From: Adineta vaga
Taxonomy: Eukaryota; Animalia; Rotifera
Assembly: GCA_021613535.1 (NCBI GenBank)
Contig: CP075497.1
Location: 2,232,001 to 2,296,000, forward strand
Reading direction: 5' to 3'
Length of the DNA stretch: 64,000 nucleotides
Under the pieces are notes generated by a model. The model had not been told where the DNA came from. It ran no database searches and was given only the letters and a program-made list of their open reading frames with translations. The translations under genes and the position numbers were made by a program. Shown one piece after another: positions 45,662 through 59,903 of the stretch. The number at the start of each line of letters is the position of its first letter. Positions within the stretch are counted from its first letter, which is position 1.

Positions 45662-46987
45662 ATGTCGAATTTACGTAAACAAATTCTTTCAAAAACTCTC
45701 CCACCAATTGGTCCACCATCCTCGAGAAAAACATCATCAGATACAACAAAAAAATCTCCATCATCCACTCGAAATTACACACCGGTCGAATGGAATGCAT
45801 ATTTTGATGACAAACATTCAATAACAATCGATAACAATACTTTTTGTTTATACACATGTCACACAACTGATCCTTTGGCACCTGTTTTATTCTTTTTACA
45901 TGGTGGTGGCTTTTCAGGTTTAAGTTGGGCAGTCCTTTCAAAAGCAGTTACAAATCTTATTCAATGTCAATGTGTTGCAGTGGATATTCGTGGACATGGA
46001 GAAACAAAAACGGACGATGAAGATGATTTGAGTATCGAAATACTTACGAAAGATATTTCACAAATTTTACATCACTTATACAATGAAGAAAATAAACCTC
46101 CAATCTTTCTCATTGGCCATTCAATGGGTAACTGAAATCGTTAGATATAAATATTTACGAGTACATCTTTGTTTTTCGAGGTGGTGCACTTGCTGTTCAT
46201 GTAGCAAAAGAATGTCCATCAATGGTCGATGCACTTTGTGTTATTGATGTTGTAGAAGGTAAAATGAATTTGAAGATGTGTTGTTTTTTACGGAAATAAA
46301 TCTTTGATTTCGTAGGAAGTGCAATGGAATCTTTAAATTCGATGCAATGTTTCCTTAATTCACGACCTAAACAGTTCACTACTCAACAACAAGCCATTGA
46401 ATATATGGTTCGTAGTGGTCAAGTACGAAATATTGATTCCGCTCGTGTTTCTATCATTGGACAAATTCAACCGATAGATTCAGCGGAAGTGATTTCATCA
46501 AGTCCAACATTACCTACAGTTTCTCACTCATGTGATACTGTTCAAGAAGAAGATGAAGAATCCGAAGACAATGAACCTAAAACTCCCTTATCTCCAACGA
46601 CAAATCTTGCGGCTGAACCGAAAAACTATACATGGAGAATTGATCTTTCGAAAACTGAACGATTTTGGCAAGGATGGTTTACTGGTTTGTTAAATATCTT
46701 TGATAAATATTCGATTTCATTTGCTTTCTAAAGGTTTATCACAATTATTTTTATCATGTGAATGTCCCAAACTACTTCTCTTAGCCGGTGTTGATCGTCT
46801 TGATCGTGATCTAACTGTTGGTCAAATGCAAGGCAAATTTCAAATGCATGTCGTTCCTAAAAGTGGCCATGCTGTTCATGAAGATGCACCTGAACAAGTT
46901 GCTGATTGTATTGCTTCATTTCTTATTCGACATAAATTAGTAAAACCTGTTGATGAAAATTTTCATGGAACATTACCTGGATGTTAA
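45662..46987 (+). CDS. PPME1: Protein phosphatase methylesterase 1
   Basis: LHGGGFSGLSWA, DIRGHGET, GHSMGG, IDVVEGSA, WRIDLSKTE..W.GWF, LLLAGVDRLDRDLTVGQMQGKFQM and GHAVHED. Confidence 0.96.
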
Positions 46988-47654
46988 TTTTGATGATCAT
47001 TTTTTCTTTCATTTTGACTTGAATGCATTTCAACATTGTATAAATCTTTTGTTTGGAGAGAAGAAATCAATCTAATTTTCTTCAATAAAACAAGAATCTC
47101 TTGCATGAAGATTAACAAACCGATGTTAACATATTTTTATGCATATGTCATTGTTGTCAAAGTAAAAATTCTAAAAGCAACCTGACAACTCAAACTTTTT
47201 TTTTGTCTTTTCATCACAACGGCTAAAATAAGCAAAAAAAAATCAACGTGTTTGTTAAAGTTATTCTTTCCTGTCTTGAAAGTAAACTTAAAAAACAGAA
47301 GAAAAAGAGAGAATTTTTAACCATCAAACAATGTATGTTTCTCATACATTGCTCTCAAAATAATGAGTTTTTTTTTCATTTTTATTTTCTGAAGATAAAA
47401 GGAAAGATCTTGAAATATTCTTTTTTCCATTTGCATCTTTCTATAGTCTATTTTTACAGAAAAAAAATCTATTTACTACGAAGTAACCGTAGTCCAAAAA
47501 GTAAGACAAAGACAGATCGTTCAAAGAATCTTTGTGATAGTCTCGCATATGAGATATCTAAATTAGAAAAAAGCTACATTCTATTTTTCACAGATATCAA
47601 TGAGAATCACGTAATCTCTGTTGAAATGTCATGAATTTCTGATTTAAGAAAACA

Positions 47655-49102
47655 ATGGTAATCAAACTCGTTAGATTATCTTTTCTTTTAACTGGATCTG
47701 TTCTCATATTTATTCTTGGTGCTCTTGTCAGTTTCAATCATAATCACCGAATCGATAACTTATCTCAAACAATAGATTTATCTTCACAATATAAACTCGA
47801 TGAAGATTTACAATTGATTAAAGAACAAAGTTTAAAATTCTTTCCTGCTGCTTATAATTCTACTCATCTTTGGTCAATGCGTCTTGCAGATGAAAATTAT
47901 TATCGTCTTGCACGTCTTGTACCATGTCGGAATATTACCTATCTTGGCTATCCTAATACAACAAAAAATGTACCAATGAATCATTGTGATAAGAAAGTTC
48001 AAAATGAATTTTCAGTTGAATCAACATTACAAGCACAAAAATGGATATTTGATCATCAAAATCCGACGAATTGTACAAATAAAAGATTTGCTCTTATATA
48101 TCGATATGCTTGGTCTGGTTTTGGATCAACTATACATCAAATTTTATGGGCATTTGCAACAGCATTAGGTCAAGGAAGAATTGCAGTTTATGAAACACCA
48201 GGAAATTGGGTAAGAATTATAATTTGAAAGTCATTTTTTTCTTCAATTAAAAGCAATGGATTCATAATTCATGCATGAGTTAAAAGTAATGCGTTTTTCT
48301 TTCTTTTAAGTTTTAATTTTAAGTCCGTACGTTTAGAAGCATTCTGAAAAAAACTAAAAATTTACGGTTAATTTAGCATTATGGTAATTGTCAATCAAGT
48401 AATCCTGATTGTTTATTTCTTCCAATTAGTAATTGTTCAGTTCCTTCGACAATCGATGGTACACAAACAATTCGTATTGAAGCAAATATTGATCATTGGT
48501 ATAAACCAAAATATCCATCTGAATTTCAAAAACGATCTTTTAATTTTTATCGTTCTCAATTATTATTCTATTTAATGAGATTCAATGCTGAAACATTAAG
48601 ACATGTACATATTGCTGTTGCTAAATATTTTGTTCCACCATCAGTTGATCTTCATCGTCCATATATTGCCGTGTATGTACGTCGATCAGATAAAGTTAAA
48701 AATAAAGAAATGTCTCAAGCTTATTCTCTTCAAGATTACTTTGATTTATTTGATGCCGACACTCGTCGTACAAAAATATCCAAAGTTTATATTAATTCCG
48801 AAGATGATGATGTTTTTAAAGAATTCGAGAAAATTAATAAAAATTATGGAGGATATTATAAATTAGTACGTATTAATGCAGAGAAAAATGTTGTTTTTAG
48901 GACATTAATGAGTATGACACCACAAGAACGTGGAAAGATTGTTTTGGAATTTCTTACGGATCTTTTTATTGAAGTTAATGCGGATTTACATGCAGGAACA
49001 TTAACATCAAATTATTGTCGATTAGTTGATGAAATACGACTTGTATTGGGCAAAATATCACCATATTACACACCTGAACAGATGTACTTAATTGATATGT
49101 AA
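47655..49102 (+). CDS. GT23 (FUT8/NodZ-like) fucosyltransferase, type II membrane, no SH3 domain
   Basis: N-terminal TM; IFDHQNPTNC; SGFGSTIH; AVYVRRSDK (compare FUT8 GVHVRRTDK); AGTLTSNYCRL. One intron at about 48210-48376. Confidence 0.8.
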
Positions 49103-49722
49103 AGATATCGATTGTTTCATTCTTTTTTTATTCAATCAATAGATTATAGGAAATTTATCACATATATAGTCGATAGGAATATTATAATAATAGTTAGAGG
49201 ATTTCAATAAACGAATACTTTAATAGAAACTTGATATCATGGGAAAGGGAAAAGTGCGCGTCATAATATCGCTAACATTTCTGCGCCCTAACAAGTTGGT
49301 AGTTGCTGAGTGGGTACTGTAAAGGGAAAACGCTGTTCCTGCTGGTTGTCAGGAACCATTAGGATTCATCAGGATCCAACAGCTGCTCTGCCTGATTAGA
49401 GATGTTGACAGCACTTGACTGGCATTTTCTCTCGTGTGTATCACGAAAAGAATAGTACGAGAGCATAAATTTTCTTCAAGTTATTCATACTTTATTAAGA
49501 TCTAGGAATAACGAGATAATGGAGTCTAACTAGATGTCTTAAACATTCAATTTTGTTCTTTCATATGCGGAGAAACATTTTATTTGTTAAAATTTTTTAT
49601 TAATGTGTAAAATAAAATCAAAAACAAAAACTTGCACGTAATAAGCTTAATATATATCACTTCTTATTTGACTGAGAATTATTGTCAATCATTAAATGAA
49701 TTACATATAAAATTTAAAATAA

Positions 49723-52700
49723 TCACGAATTTTCTAAGGAAACTTTTCCTCGACTCCGTGGTCGAGTGGAATTGACATCCGTTTGATCAGGTGAGTTTAC
49801 AATCTTTCTGTTGGGAAGTTTTAACATTCTTGTCAAAGCTTCGGATGCAACAACTGCATCTTTTAAATGATCTTCAGTTAATTTACTTGACCATCGTTCA
49901 CGTTGATCAATATATCGTTCATGATCAATCTTATCTTGAATATTTTTCGGTACATCTGGAACAAGCCATTGCATTAAATAGATTATGAAAAAGATCACAT
50001 GTTCAAAAACAATAATAAAAGCAAGTCGAGCAGATGTTATATTCCAATACATTATTGTTTGATCATAATTTGGACCAGTATCACTACGGAAATCACGATA
50101 ACTATCCAATAGAAAGAGTCAGACATGAAAATATTTATTCATTAGTTTGATCTTACCGACAAAAGCTGATATTATTTGGGTTAGCAGGTGGTGATATCCC
50201 AGCAATGTTATAACCATTTATAGGAAAACTTGCAAGTGTCCAATTAACATATCCATTAAGATTTCCATCTGTTGATTGAAGAGAACGATATGCCATTTTT
50301 GGAATAAATTCTGATGTCCAAGCAATAACCATTGCCTAAATGAAATCTTTTGTCTTATTAAAATTTTCATTTGAAATTCTTTTTACATTCGTTAGAACAG
50401 CAATATATGATATAGCAGATATAATATCACTCCAAATACCAATATCAGCTGCTTTGAATGGAATCGGTCGTTTATATTTGGATAACAATTTCCATGCATC
50501 TAATCTTACTTCAATTAAATTATTAAATAAAGCAAATAATGGTGCTAGTCTAGGAAAAAAGAAAAGATCAATTCAATTTCGATTAAATCAATTGATTATC
50601 ATACGGAAAAGCAGAAACAAATAAAGTGACAAAACCAAATTGAATAACTGTATATAGCAAAAGAAACGAATCAATATGAAGTAAATCAAACATAACAAAT
50701 TCGTTTACCAAGTTCAAGATATTCATCAATAAGTGTAATTGAATTGAAATTATATAATTTATTATCTTTTTCCCATTGTTCTTGTGCTTCAGGTTCACCG
50801 CGTTCAAAACAAATACGTGTCAATGTACGACGTGTTGCATTCAAGAATTCTAAAAGATTGTTTATTATCTGTTTACCAACCATAACTATATTTAAAAACA
50901 AGTTTTTTTTTTAAAATTCAAATAAATCTTTCCCAATCATCTTACTGATAACAAATTGAATAGAAAGTTCTACTAAACATCCCGCTGGATCACACTAAAC
51001 ATAACAAAACAAAGTAAACGTGTTTTTCATTGATAAAAACTCTCACTTGTTCAGTAAAATCTCGTGAACTTGATTCTCCATATTTTGTCGGATATTCATT
51101 AAATCTAAATCAAATAATTTAATTTTTCTTCTATTAATTATTTCTTACAAACCTTCCTTTGAAAAAAGCTACATAAAATAATGAAGAATAAAAATTCACA
51201 AATTGAAAAAGATAAATTTTTATTGTTAATGCATCATCATATTTCGATTGATATTTATGAAGTTCTACAAGATAGAAAAGAAATTTTTTCATAAGAAAAT
51301 TCGAATGATTTCTTTTCTTTACCAAGATCAGTTAATTTTCTCGCGATCCAGTAATAGAATTGCGATAAAATCACTGAACAGATCAGATTAATAATAGCAC
51401 TCGTAACAGTAATGATTATTGATGAACGTGAACTAAGATTTGGATCTTTTTTCAATATAGAATCCATTTGTACTCGATATGCAATGGTTGCAAAGACAGT
51501 TACACAAACAATTGCCATCTAAATTCAATGAATAATCAAATAAATTCAGTTAAATCAGTTCTTTTACCATCAATAAAACAACAGCAAATGCAATGAAAAA
51601 GAATGGCATTCGTTTTTTAGTTGAAATATATGGTTCTTTTATCTAAAGTAATATTTTTGATGATAGAAAGAATAGTTAAAATTAAAAAGTTAATACCCCA
51701 GTTACTGGATTGATACGTTGTTCACCTTTTTTCTTTGCTTTTATTTCGAATTCAGGTCGTATAGGTTCCAAATGTTCTTCGAAATCTATTGAATCCTATT
51801 CACATCAAACAATACTTCATTCTTCGTTTTTATCACAAATCATTATTTTCTTACCCATTCATATTGCAAAATAGCTTGTCGACGTTTCCAAAATTCCATA
51901 AACCATCTATTTTCAAAATGAAATAAATGTTTTTATCAATCAAATCTGTATACCTCGCCCATAAAGACATTAAAATCGCAAATATGACTGTTGCCGCATT
52001 ATCAAATACGTAGGAAATCTAAAGAAGAACAAATCATCTTAAGAATAATTAAATCTTATTAATCAGACTTTCGAATATAAACAACTTTCATTCAATTTCC
52101 AAAAGCTACATGTCTTATCACAACGTGGACACATATCAATCTGTTCACCAAGATCTCCGCAGATATCCGATCTAAATTAACACGAAAAAAGAATGTCGTT
52201 TTCAAGAAGATCATCGATATTGAATCTTACGTTGGTTGATCGGTAAAAACACTAGCTGCACCATAAATAAATATAATCAAACCAACGATTGCCGGAGGAA
52301 TTAACATTTGATTATAAAATCCGGAAAGTGCAAAATAAAATGCTACTTTTTCTCCCATATATGAACGAATTAAAGATAATGGTTGAAATTTCAAACATCG
52401 ACGCATTGTTGCCCAATGTTTTTTCAATTTCTATCATAAAGAAAACAAACAAATCGATTTATGGAAAGTGAATCACATTGATTTACCTCGCGATCATTTA
52501 AGTCTTTATCATCAACATTTGTCACATTATCTCGAAGTGACTATCAAAGAAGAACAAGAATAAAACAATTTCATTAAATAAACCAAATTTTACTTCATGT
52601 AAAGGAAAATAACTTTGATATGCTTTCTTTGCTATTAAACGATCAATGCCTAGAAAAAAACAAGAGTTTCTATTTAAGAAAAATTTCATTATACTAATTT

Positions 52701-54024
52701 TAATTTTAAGCTTTCTAATCCAGAGAAAAAGAATCAATTAGATTTTAATTCCATTAAACTATCGAAAATTTACCCGGACGTTTTGCACTTTTTTGCATAT
52801 CGATCGTTGTATCCAAATCTAAGAAGAAAAATGAACAAGATTTTGTTCTTGTTTTTGTTAGAAAGAAAAGTTACTTGGAACGATTGTTGTAGTAGGTTGT
52901 TCATGATGATCTTCGTCAACTTCATAATCAAAATGTGCTCTTGATAATAATTCATGTGTTAATAAACTTCGTTCGGTTGGTGTAAAGTACAAGTCTTTTG
53001 ATCCGCGCAAAGTGTCAAATAAATCTTTGAATTTGTCAATATTGGACGAATAAATAGCTGTATAATAATCTGGATCGTTCTGTTTTAAAGATGGATCAAG
53101 ACGAAATGGTTTTTTAATCCAATTTAAAAGACGAATCCATTTCGATTGAATCGGTTGATTAGCTAATAAATATTGTTCTTCTTCTTTTTCATCTTCAATT
53201 TTCTATTCAAAACAAACTTCATAACAAAGAAAACTTGTTTTTGTTCATCTTACTTCAATCGGTAATCTCATTCGCATATTTTCAGCAGTTACTAAAAGAA
53301 CATTAAATGGAGCATGAACTCGAACGAAACCAACTTTTCTCGAATTCGATACCTTCATGAAATATTTTAAAGAAAGACAATTGAATCAAAACTACCTTCG
53401 ATGATGGAACTTACCATACGTTTAAGAATCAAGCCTTGTTTTTGACAAAGATAATCTTCAAATTTTTGTCGTCTTTCCGACGGTTTTTTATGTTTTTTAC
53501 GTTGATTATCTTCAATTTCATTGTCTGTTCGATCGTATACTAATATAATATCAATTGGTAACGAATCATTCTGTGGATTCGAGGAAGATAAGATCGATTG
53601 TCGTCGTTGGAGATCTTGATCGGTACCATTGAAAATTTCCAAGGAATTATTCGAATCACGATGAACCATTTCTATGAAGAGAGAAATTCTAGAATATTAT
53701 CATATATCAGAATAGTATAAAAGATCTCTTACATATGATCTGTTTAGCACACATATACTTTTATAAAATGAGGAAATTTGAGAAAGAGTCAAATCAAAGT
53801 GAAAGCACGTTTCGTCAATAAAATTCTTCTATCAGAATCAGTAAAATCAAATATTTAGATTTTGATAAAACTTTTATCGCGTTATCTTATATTAATTTAT
53901 ATATAAATATATACATATTTATGTTAATGAATATGACAAATGACTTTGCTTTTAATTAGCTTAAGTAATGAATGGACTTACCATGATCGTTTGAGATGGG
54001 TGGAAGTGGTACTATTCGAGTCAT
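49723..54024 (-). CDS. Anoctamin (TMEM16) family protein
   Basis: [53 protein letters not shown] and [31 protein letters not shown]. Many short introns. Confidence 0.95.
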
Positions 54025-54298
54025 TTTTAAATGAAATTTTTCTAAGAATCCAAACTTAAAATCTGAAGCCATAGAGAATGTTGTCAAATGAACGCTTATA
54101 ACAATAAGAACAAAAGCAAACAACATACTTCTTGTTATAAAAACATACAAATTTTGCCGTCGAAGTATTTACATATTTCTCTCTCAGTAAAAACTTATCG
54201 TACGTTCACAAACACATAAATAAAAATCAATTTCTTTTTTTTTGCACCAACAGAGAAAGTTATTTTTCTTGAAAAATATCATTGTTATTGAGTTTTCC

Positions 54299-54311
54299 GT
54301 TTCTTAGCAAC
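54299..54311. promoter_or_regulatory. Candidate RFX X-box
   Basis: GTTTCTTAGCAAC, about 275 bp upstream of the anoctamin ATG. It fits a 13-bp X-box. Confidence 0.4.
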
Positions 54312-56052
54312 GACACTCAATAAAGAAAAAGAGAAAAGTTATCAAATTGAATAAGACAATATAACGAAGTTCTCAACCTTTATTTTTCTCATGTGTGACA
54401 TCTGTAATAAAAATTGTGATATTACGTTTTCAACATGAAAACATAGAAATTAATTAATTCATGTCAATATAAAACGTTTGAATAATCTCTTGTATTTCCT
54501 TTTCACATAAGAATTCTGCTTTTCTTCAAAGATCAATTTCCGATCTTGCATATACATGCACATTGTTAAGTACAATGTATAATGTATTTATCAAGTCTGT
54601 CGATAGTCTTTCAAGGAAATATAATATGAATTGATATTATTGTTGAAAACGTTTTATATTCGTTGCATGCAAAAAACAATCTTCTCTTTGATTGTATCAA
54701 ACTAAAGCGCATTAATAAATGCACGAACATATTCATTTATGAAATTAAAGTAAGGACTAGTTCATAAAATAAATTAATAATGAGTAGATTCTATCACGCA
54801 TCTTTCTTTCTTTCTTCAACATCTGCTTGTTCGAATTCGTATCTCACGGAAATCTTTTCTTTTGCATTTAAAAGAAAAGAATTTTAAGTAAAAAGATAAA
54901 TTTAGTTCATAAAAACTCCTTCTTTTCTTTTATAATTTGCTCTTAAATTGCCATCGATTTTAATAATTATTATCAAATAATAGATGCCTTGAATATTTTA
55001 ACACTTGAAAATAAGAAAAAAAAAAGATTTCTTTTTTAGAAATGTTCATTATTAGGTACTGCTATATGTTGATGATGAATAAGTGTTAGTATCCGTTTCT
55101 TTTTCTTTGTTGCGCTTCTTCATTTTTTTTTCTTCTTTCTTTTCTATTAGTGATTATACAAAGTAGGTAAACGACTAAGAATAGTAGAACAATAATAAAA
55201 AAAAGAAGTAACTCGAACTATTCTATTAAGTTTTAATTTTCTTTCTACGCTGATGTTCAGTCATCATTCTATGTGTATTTATCTCTTTCATACACTGAAG
55301 AAAGAAAAGATCTCCGTAAGAGAACAACATTAACACCTTTGTATTCTTCTGAAAAGTATGTTAATGTGAGAAACTATGCATTCATATTCTTCTAACTAAA
55401 TCATAGATGAAGCGAGAAATAAAGACGAGAAAGAACTCCTCCTTACATCCTTTCTTAGGTGGGAAAACGTTTGACACAAAGAAAAACCATTTAGTTGAAC
55501 AACGGACAACAGTTTTATTTTTAGAAGTTTCATGCTTTAAACACAGATTTATATCAAATAGAGCAACATAATCTGCCTAGTTGAACATGTGTACGTGACA
55601 TAAACATTTTGATTATGCTTTTCTTTTTTAGCCTTATTGTTTAGATTTGCCCATTCATATTCTTTCTTCTTCTTTTTTTACATTGTATTGTTAATGAAGG
55701 CAACTACAAGAGTTTTCCCTGTCATCCGTCTAGATAGATCTAAATAGATAGCAGTCGCAACAACAACAAAAACAAAAAAAAGAACTTATTACTTTTTTCT
55801 TCTTCTTCTTCTTTTTCTTCTACTCATCATTTGATTATGTGCTGATATATTTTATTCTTCTTTGCGCAAACTGTCATTCTTTTTCACAGCTGTGACCAAG
55901 TATATTATTCTTTTATATTTTGTTAGATTACTCATTTTTCCTTTTCATTTGCTTTGAAAAGAAATTTGTAGGAGGAAAAACAAATTGATCAATGTTATTA
56001 CTATTGACATTTTAATTGATAACTTTCTACGAATAAACATTAAATATATTCC

Positions 56053-58194
56053 ATGGCTTCTGGTGACAATCCACGTCTCCCGTTAACATCTGGCACTTCG
56101 CCAGTTGTCAAATATACGGAAATGCGCGGTCAAACCGATAAACCTTCAACAGCTATTACAATAACAAGTGGACTCAATTCACCATCAACAGAATCGAACC
56201 GAATAAGAAAACAAACGAGTTCATCAACGAATTCTTATGAATTACGTCGAATGCCAACTCAACAAAGACGTAATGTTAAAAAAGTTCTAATGAGTAATGT
56301 TGGTTATCGTTTAGCACGACGAAAAGAATTGTATATCGAACGGTATGAAATGACAATAGTTCATTTAAAATAGACGAATATTTCCTTTTTTTTAGACGAA
56401 GAATTAATGATATCATGTGTTTTCTTGGTTTATTAGGAATTATATTAATGATTATTGAAAATGAATTTACATTTAATCGTATTGATCATAAGGATACAAC
56501 ATTTAGTTTATTTACAAAGGCAACAATAACATTTACAACAATAATTCTCGTTGGTCTTGTCTTTTATTTCCATCGGATTGATTTAAGTCTCTATTGTGTT
56601 GATAATTCAATTGATGATTGGCGCATTGCATTGACACGGAACAAAATTATATCAATTATATTTGAAGCATTTATTTGCATGATTCATCCCATTCCTGGAC
56701 ATTTTCTCGTCGAATGGAGTTCACAATATGTGAAAAAAGTTGGAACAAATCTCAATTTTGTCAATCCATACCGTTCTACTCAACAGAATCTATTAAGTTC
56801 TCCAACATTATTGAATTCAACTATGATAACAACAACAACACAAATACCATCGTCAACAATCTCACCAAACGATACAAATGAAACACCGCAAGCATTCGTA
56901 CCCATCGATGTTATGCTCAGCTTACCAAGTAAGATAAAACAGATCGTTTATGTTTATTTTCTAAATTTTCTAAATTTTCATTAGTGTTCTGTCGACTGTA
57001 TCTGGTCGCTCGATTTATTATGCTTCATTCACATTTAGTTCGTGATGCATCATCTCAATCACTTGGTTATCTTAATCGCGTTTCATTTAATTTCCCTTTT
57101 ATCATTAAATCCTACATTCAACAACGACCAGCAATTTGCTTAACAACATTCTGTTTTACAACATTCTTCATTGCAAGTTGGTCAATGCGTGCGTGTGATT
57201 ATAATATTAAAACCGGACATATGCCAATGCTTGATGCAACATGGTTATTTATTATATCATTTACAACAATTGGTAATTAATTCTTCCTTTGCTATTTTCA
57301 TTGATTATTTTTTTTCTCTCTAGGTTATGGTGATATTGTTCCATCGACATATTGTGGACGAGGTAAGATTAATTTCTAGCTTGTCTGAAAAATGAAATGA
57401 AAGTTTGATTAGATCAATTGTTGACATGATAGAGTTATTTGCGTTTTTTTTTCTTCTTTTTTTGTATTCTGTAGTTTTTCTATTCGAGTATGTGTCAAGA
57501 ATATTAATTATGCATCAATTATTGCGTATGATGTTTTTTCTCACGAAAGAACTAGTTTGCATGTTTTTTTTTCTCGAGAAAAAATTAGTCGAAATACCCA
57601 TCGGACATAATCGTACTGACTGATTTGATTAGATAGAAACAAAACAAAAAGAAAAGGATCGTAAATCGCATTTGTTTCTTTATATTATTCTTTTTAGGTA
57701 TCGCCGCTATTACAGGTATTATCGGCGTATTTTCAACAGCATTACTTGTTGCTGTTATATCACAAAAACTTGAATTAACTCGATCGGAAAAATATGTTCA
57801 TAATTTTGTTGCAAGTATTGAATTAGCTAAAGCTCATAAAAATCAAGCGGCAAATGTTGTGAAATATGGTTGGAAAGTTTGGTATTTGAAACGTAAAGGT
57901 AAACATATGTTTATTCAATATATTCAAGCGCAACGAAAATTACTAACATCAATACATTGGGTTAGAAAAATCAAACAACAACAACGTAAATTAGCTGATA
58001 ATTATGTGAGTTTATTAGAATTATTTAATGTTCAACGTAGTACAAATCAAATAACAGATGAAACATCACAACGAGTGATGATAATGGAACGAAAAGTTGA
58101 TAAAATGGAAGATAGACTTGTGGAAATCAATGAAGGAATGGTTAATTTACAAGATAAGCTTAATATCTTATTAGATAGAACAACTCAAAGATAA
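56053..58194 (+). CDS. Small-conductance Ca2+-activated K+ channel (SK/KCNN family)
   Basis: NVGYRLARRKEL, DDWRIA, IHPIPG, pore FTTIGYGDIVPSTYCGRG and a calmodulin-binding domain (LELTRSEKYVHNF..KNQAANV..WKVW). Confidence 0.95.
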
Positions 58195-59903
58195 ATATAT
58201 GTAACAAGTGAATCTTTTTCTTTTTCTTTCTCCAAAATAAACAAAAGATCAAAACGTCAAACATATAGAAAAATCATCTTCTTCGAACATTATCATCAAA
58301 CTATTCGTTAGATAAAAGAAGGCGAAATGAATTGACAATCAAAACAAGAAAAATGACAGATGAGTTGGTCATCCGTTAATATACAATCGAATGATTCAGC
58401 AGATTTACTTGTTTTGTTTTTGAAATTTATTCAACTAATTATCTTATATGATGTTTTATGAATAGATATGAAAAAAAACTCGAACACGAATAATAATAAT
58501 ACTAAATTTCGTTTAAATAATCTAATAAAAACCTTCATCTTTGAAAGACATTAATTAAATTATGATTTTAGGAGTTTCATGCTTTACTCAAAAAAAAACG
58601 AATACTCTAAGGAAAACTGATTGGTTAGACTCTTCCATCAACAAACATTTTGGCAAATAGACCGAATGATAGATCTATATTCGTTGAAACAATTCTCATC
58701 CGTAAGATTGTACCTGTTCTATCTATGCATAATGTTTAAAAATAACGTAGAGGGACTTAAAAGGTATAATCTACAGTTTATCTGATAACATATCGTGATA
58801 CACGCTGACAAGAAATATTGATAGTCTTATCAAAATGAATATGTGTGAATGTGTCTTTATATTATTGTAACGCAACCAATAAGCTGTTTGATGTACTCAC
58901 CAGCATTTTGAAAACACATTTTTATCGAATATAATTCTTTCTCGCTCTTTTTCATGACTTTATGAAACGTTTTTCAGTTGTTATTGTAACACCGGACAAA
59001 AATTTCACATCGTATTCAACTCATTTTTCACACACGTTAAATGTCAAGACACGATACTAACATACAACAAATCATATATTAAATTCCCATTTAGTAAAAA
59101 GCGTCCGTTTTCTGTTAAATTACTTACATATATTAAAAAAACAAAAACAATCACCTCGCTTTCATTCCCCGATAAAAGTACTCTCATAAAAAATGAAAAA
59201 GGACGACGTAGATATAGTCTAACAGAAATAAACACATATACACACACAAAAGATAACATCACATTATCATCCGTCACTCTAGTTTTACAAACATTCACTC
59301 ATATTCGCATCAAAATACAACAATTCCATTCCATTCTGTCTCTCTCTCTCCCACATCATGGCAACAAAATCGCTACTTTTCCGGCGTCCTTGGTGTCAAC
59401 AACATTCAAATCTCCTTCAACTCACTACTGATATATTTCATACTATCTTTTCACACTCTCCCTATTTGATATTAAAAATATTTGAGAATACCACAACATC
59501 TCTGATGTAAACATTAACGTTTCTTGAACAAATAACGATCTACAACATACTTCTTTTTCTTCTTTCTTTCTTTCTTCCTTTTATTTTTTTGCATGTCTAT
59601 AAATCTTGATTTACTCATTCATTTTATTTTACTTCTTTTCTCTTCTCTTTCTCGTCTCGATGAAAAACTTGATTCGTTTGTTTATTCATTCTTCGATCAC
59701 CTATTCTGTTTCTACTCTATTTCTTCTACTTTTCACTCGTTTTCACTAACAACAGCAACAACATAACTCACCTTCTCAACCATCCATGTTGATATGTTGT
59801 TGTGTTGTCGATTGCACAAAAACACAACTATCCATCACTTTCATTCTCGAATTTTCTTCACTTTGACAGATCTCACATCTATTCCTTCTTCTTTCTCCTA
59901 GAC

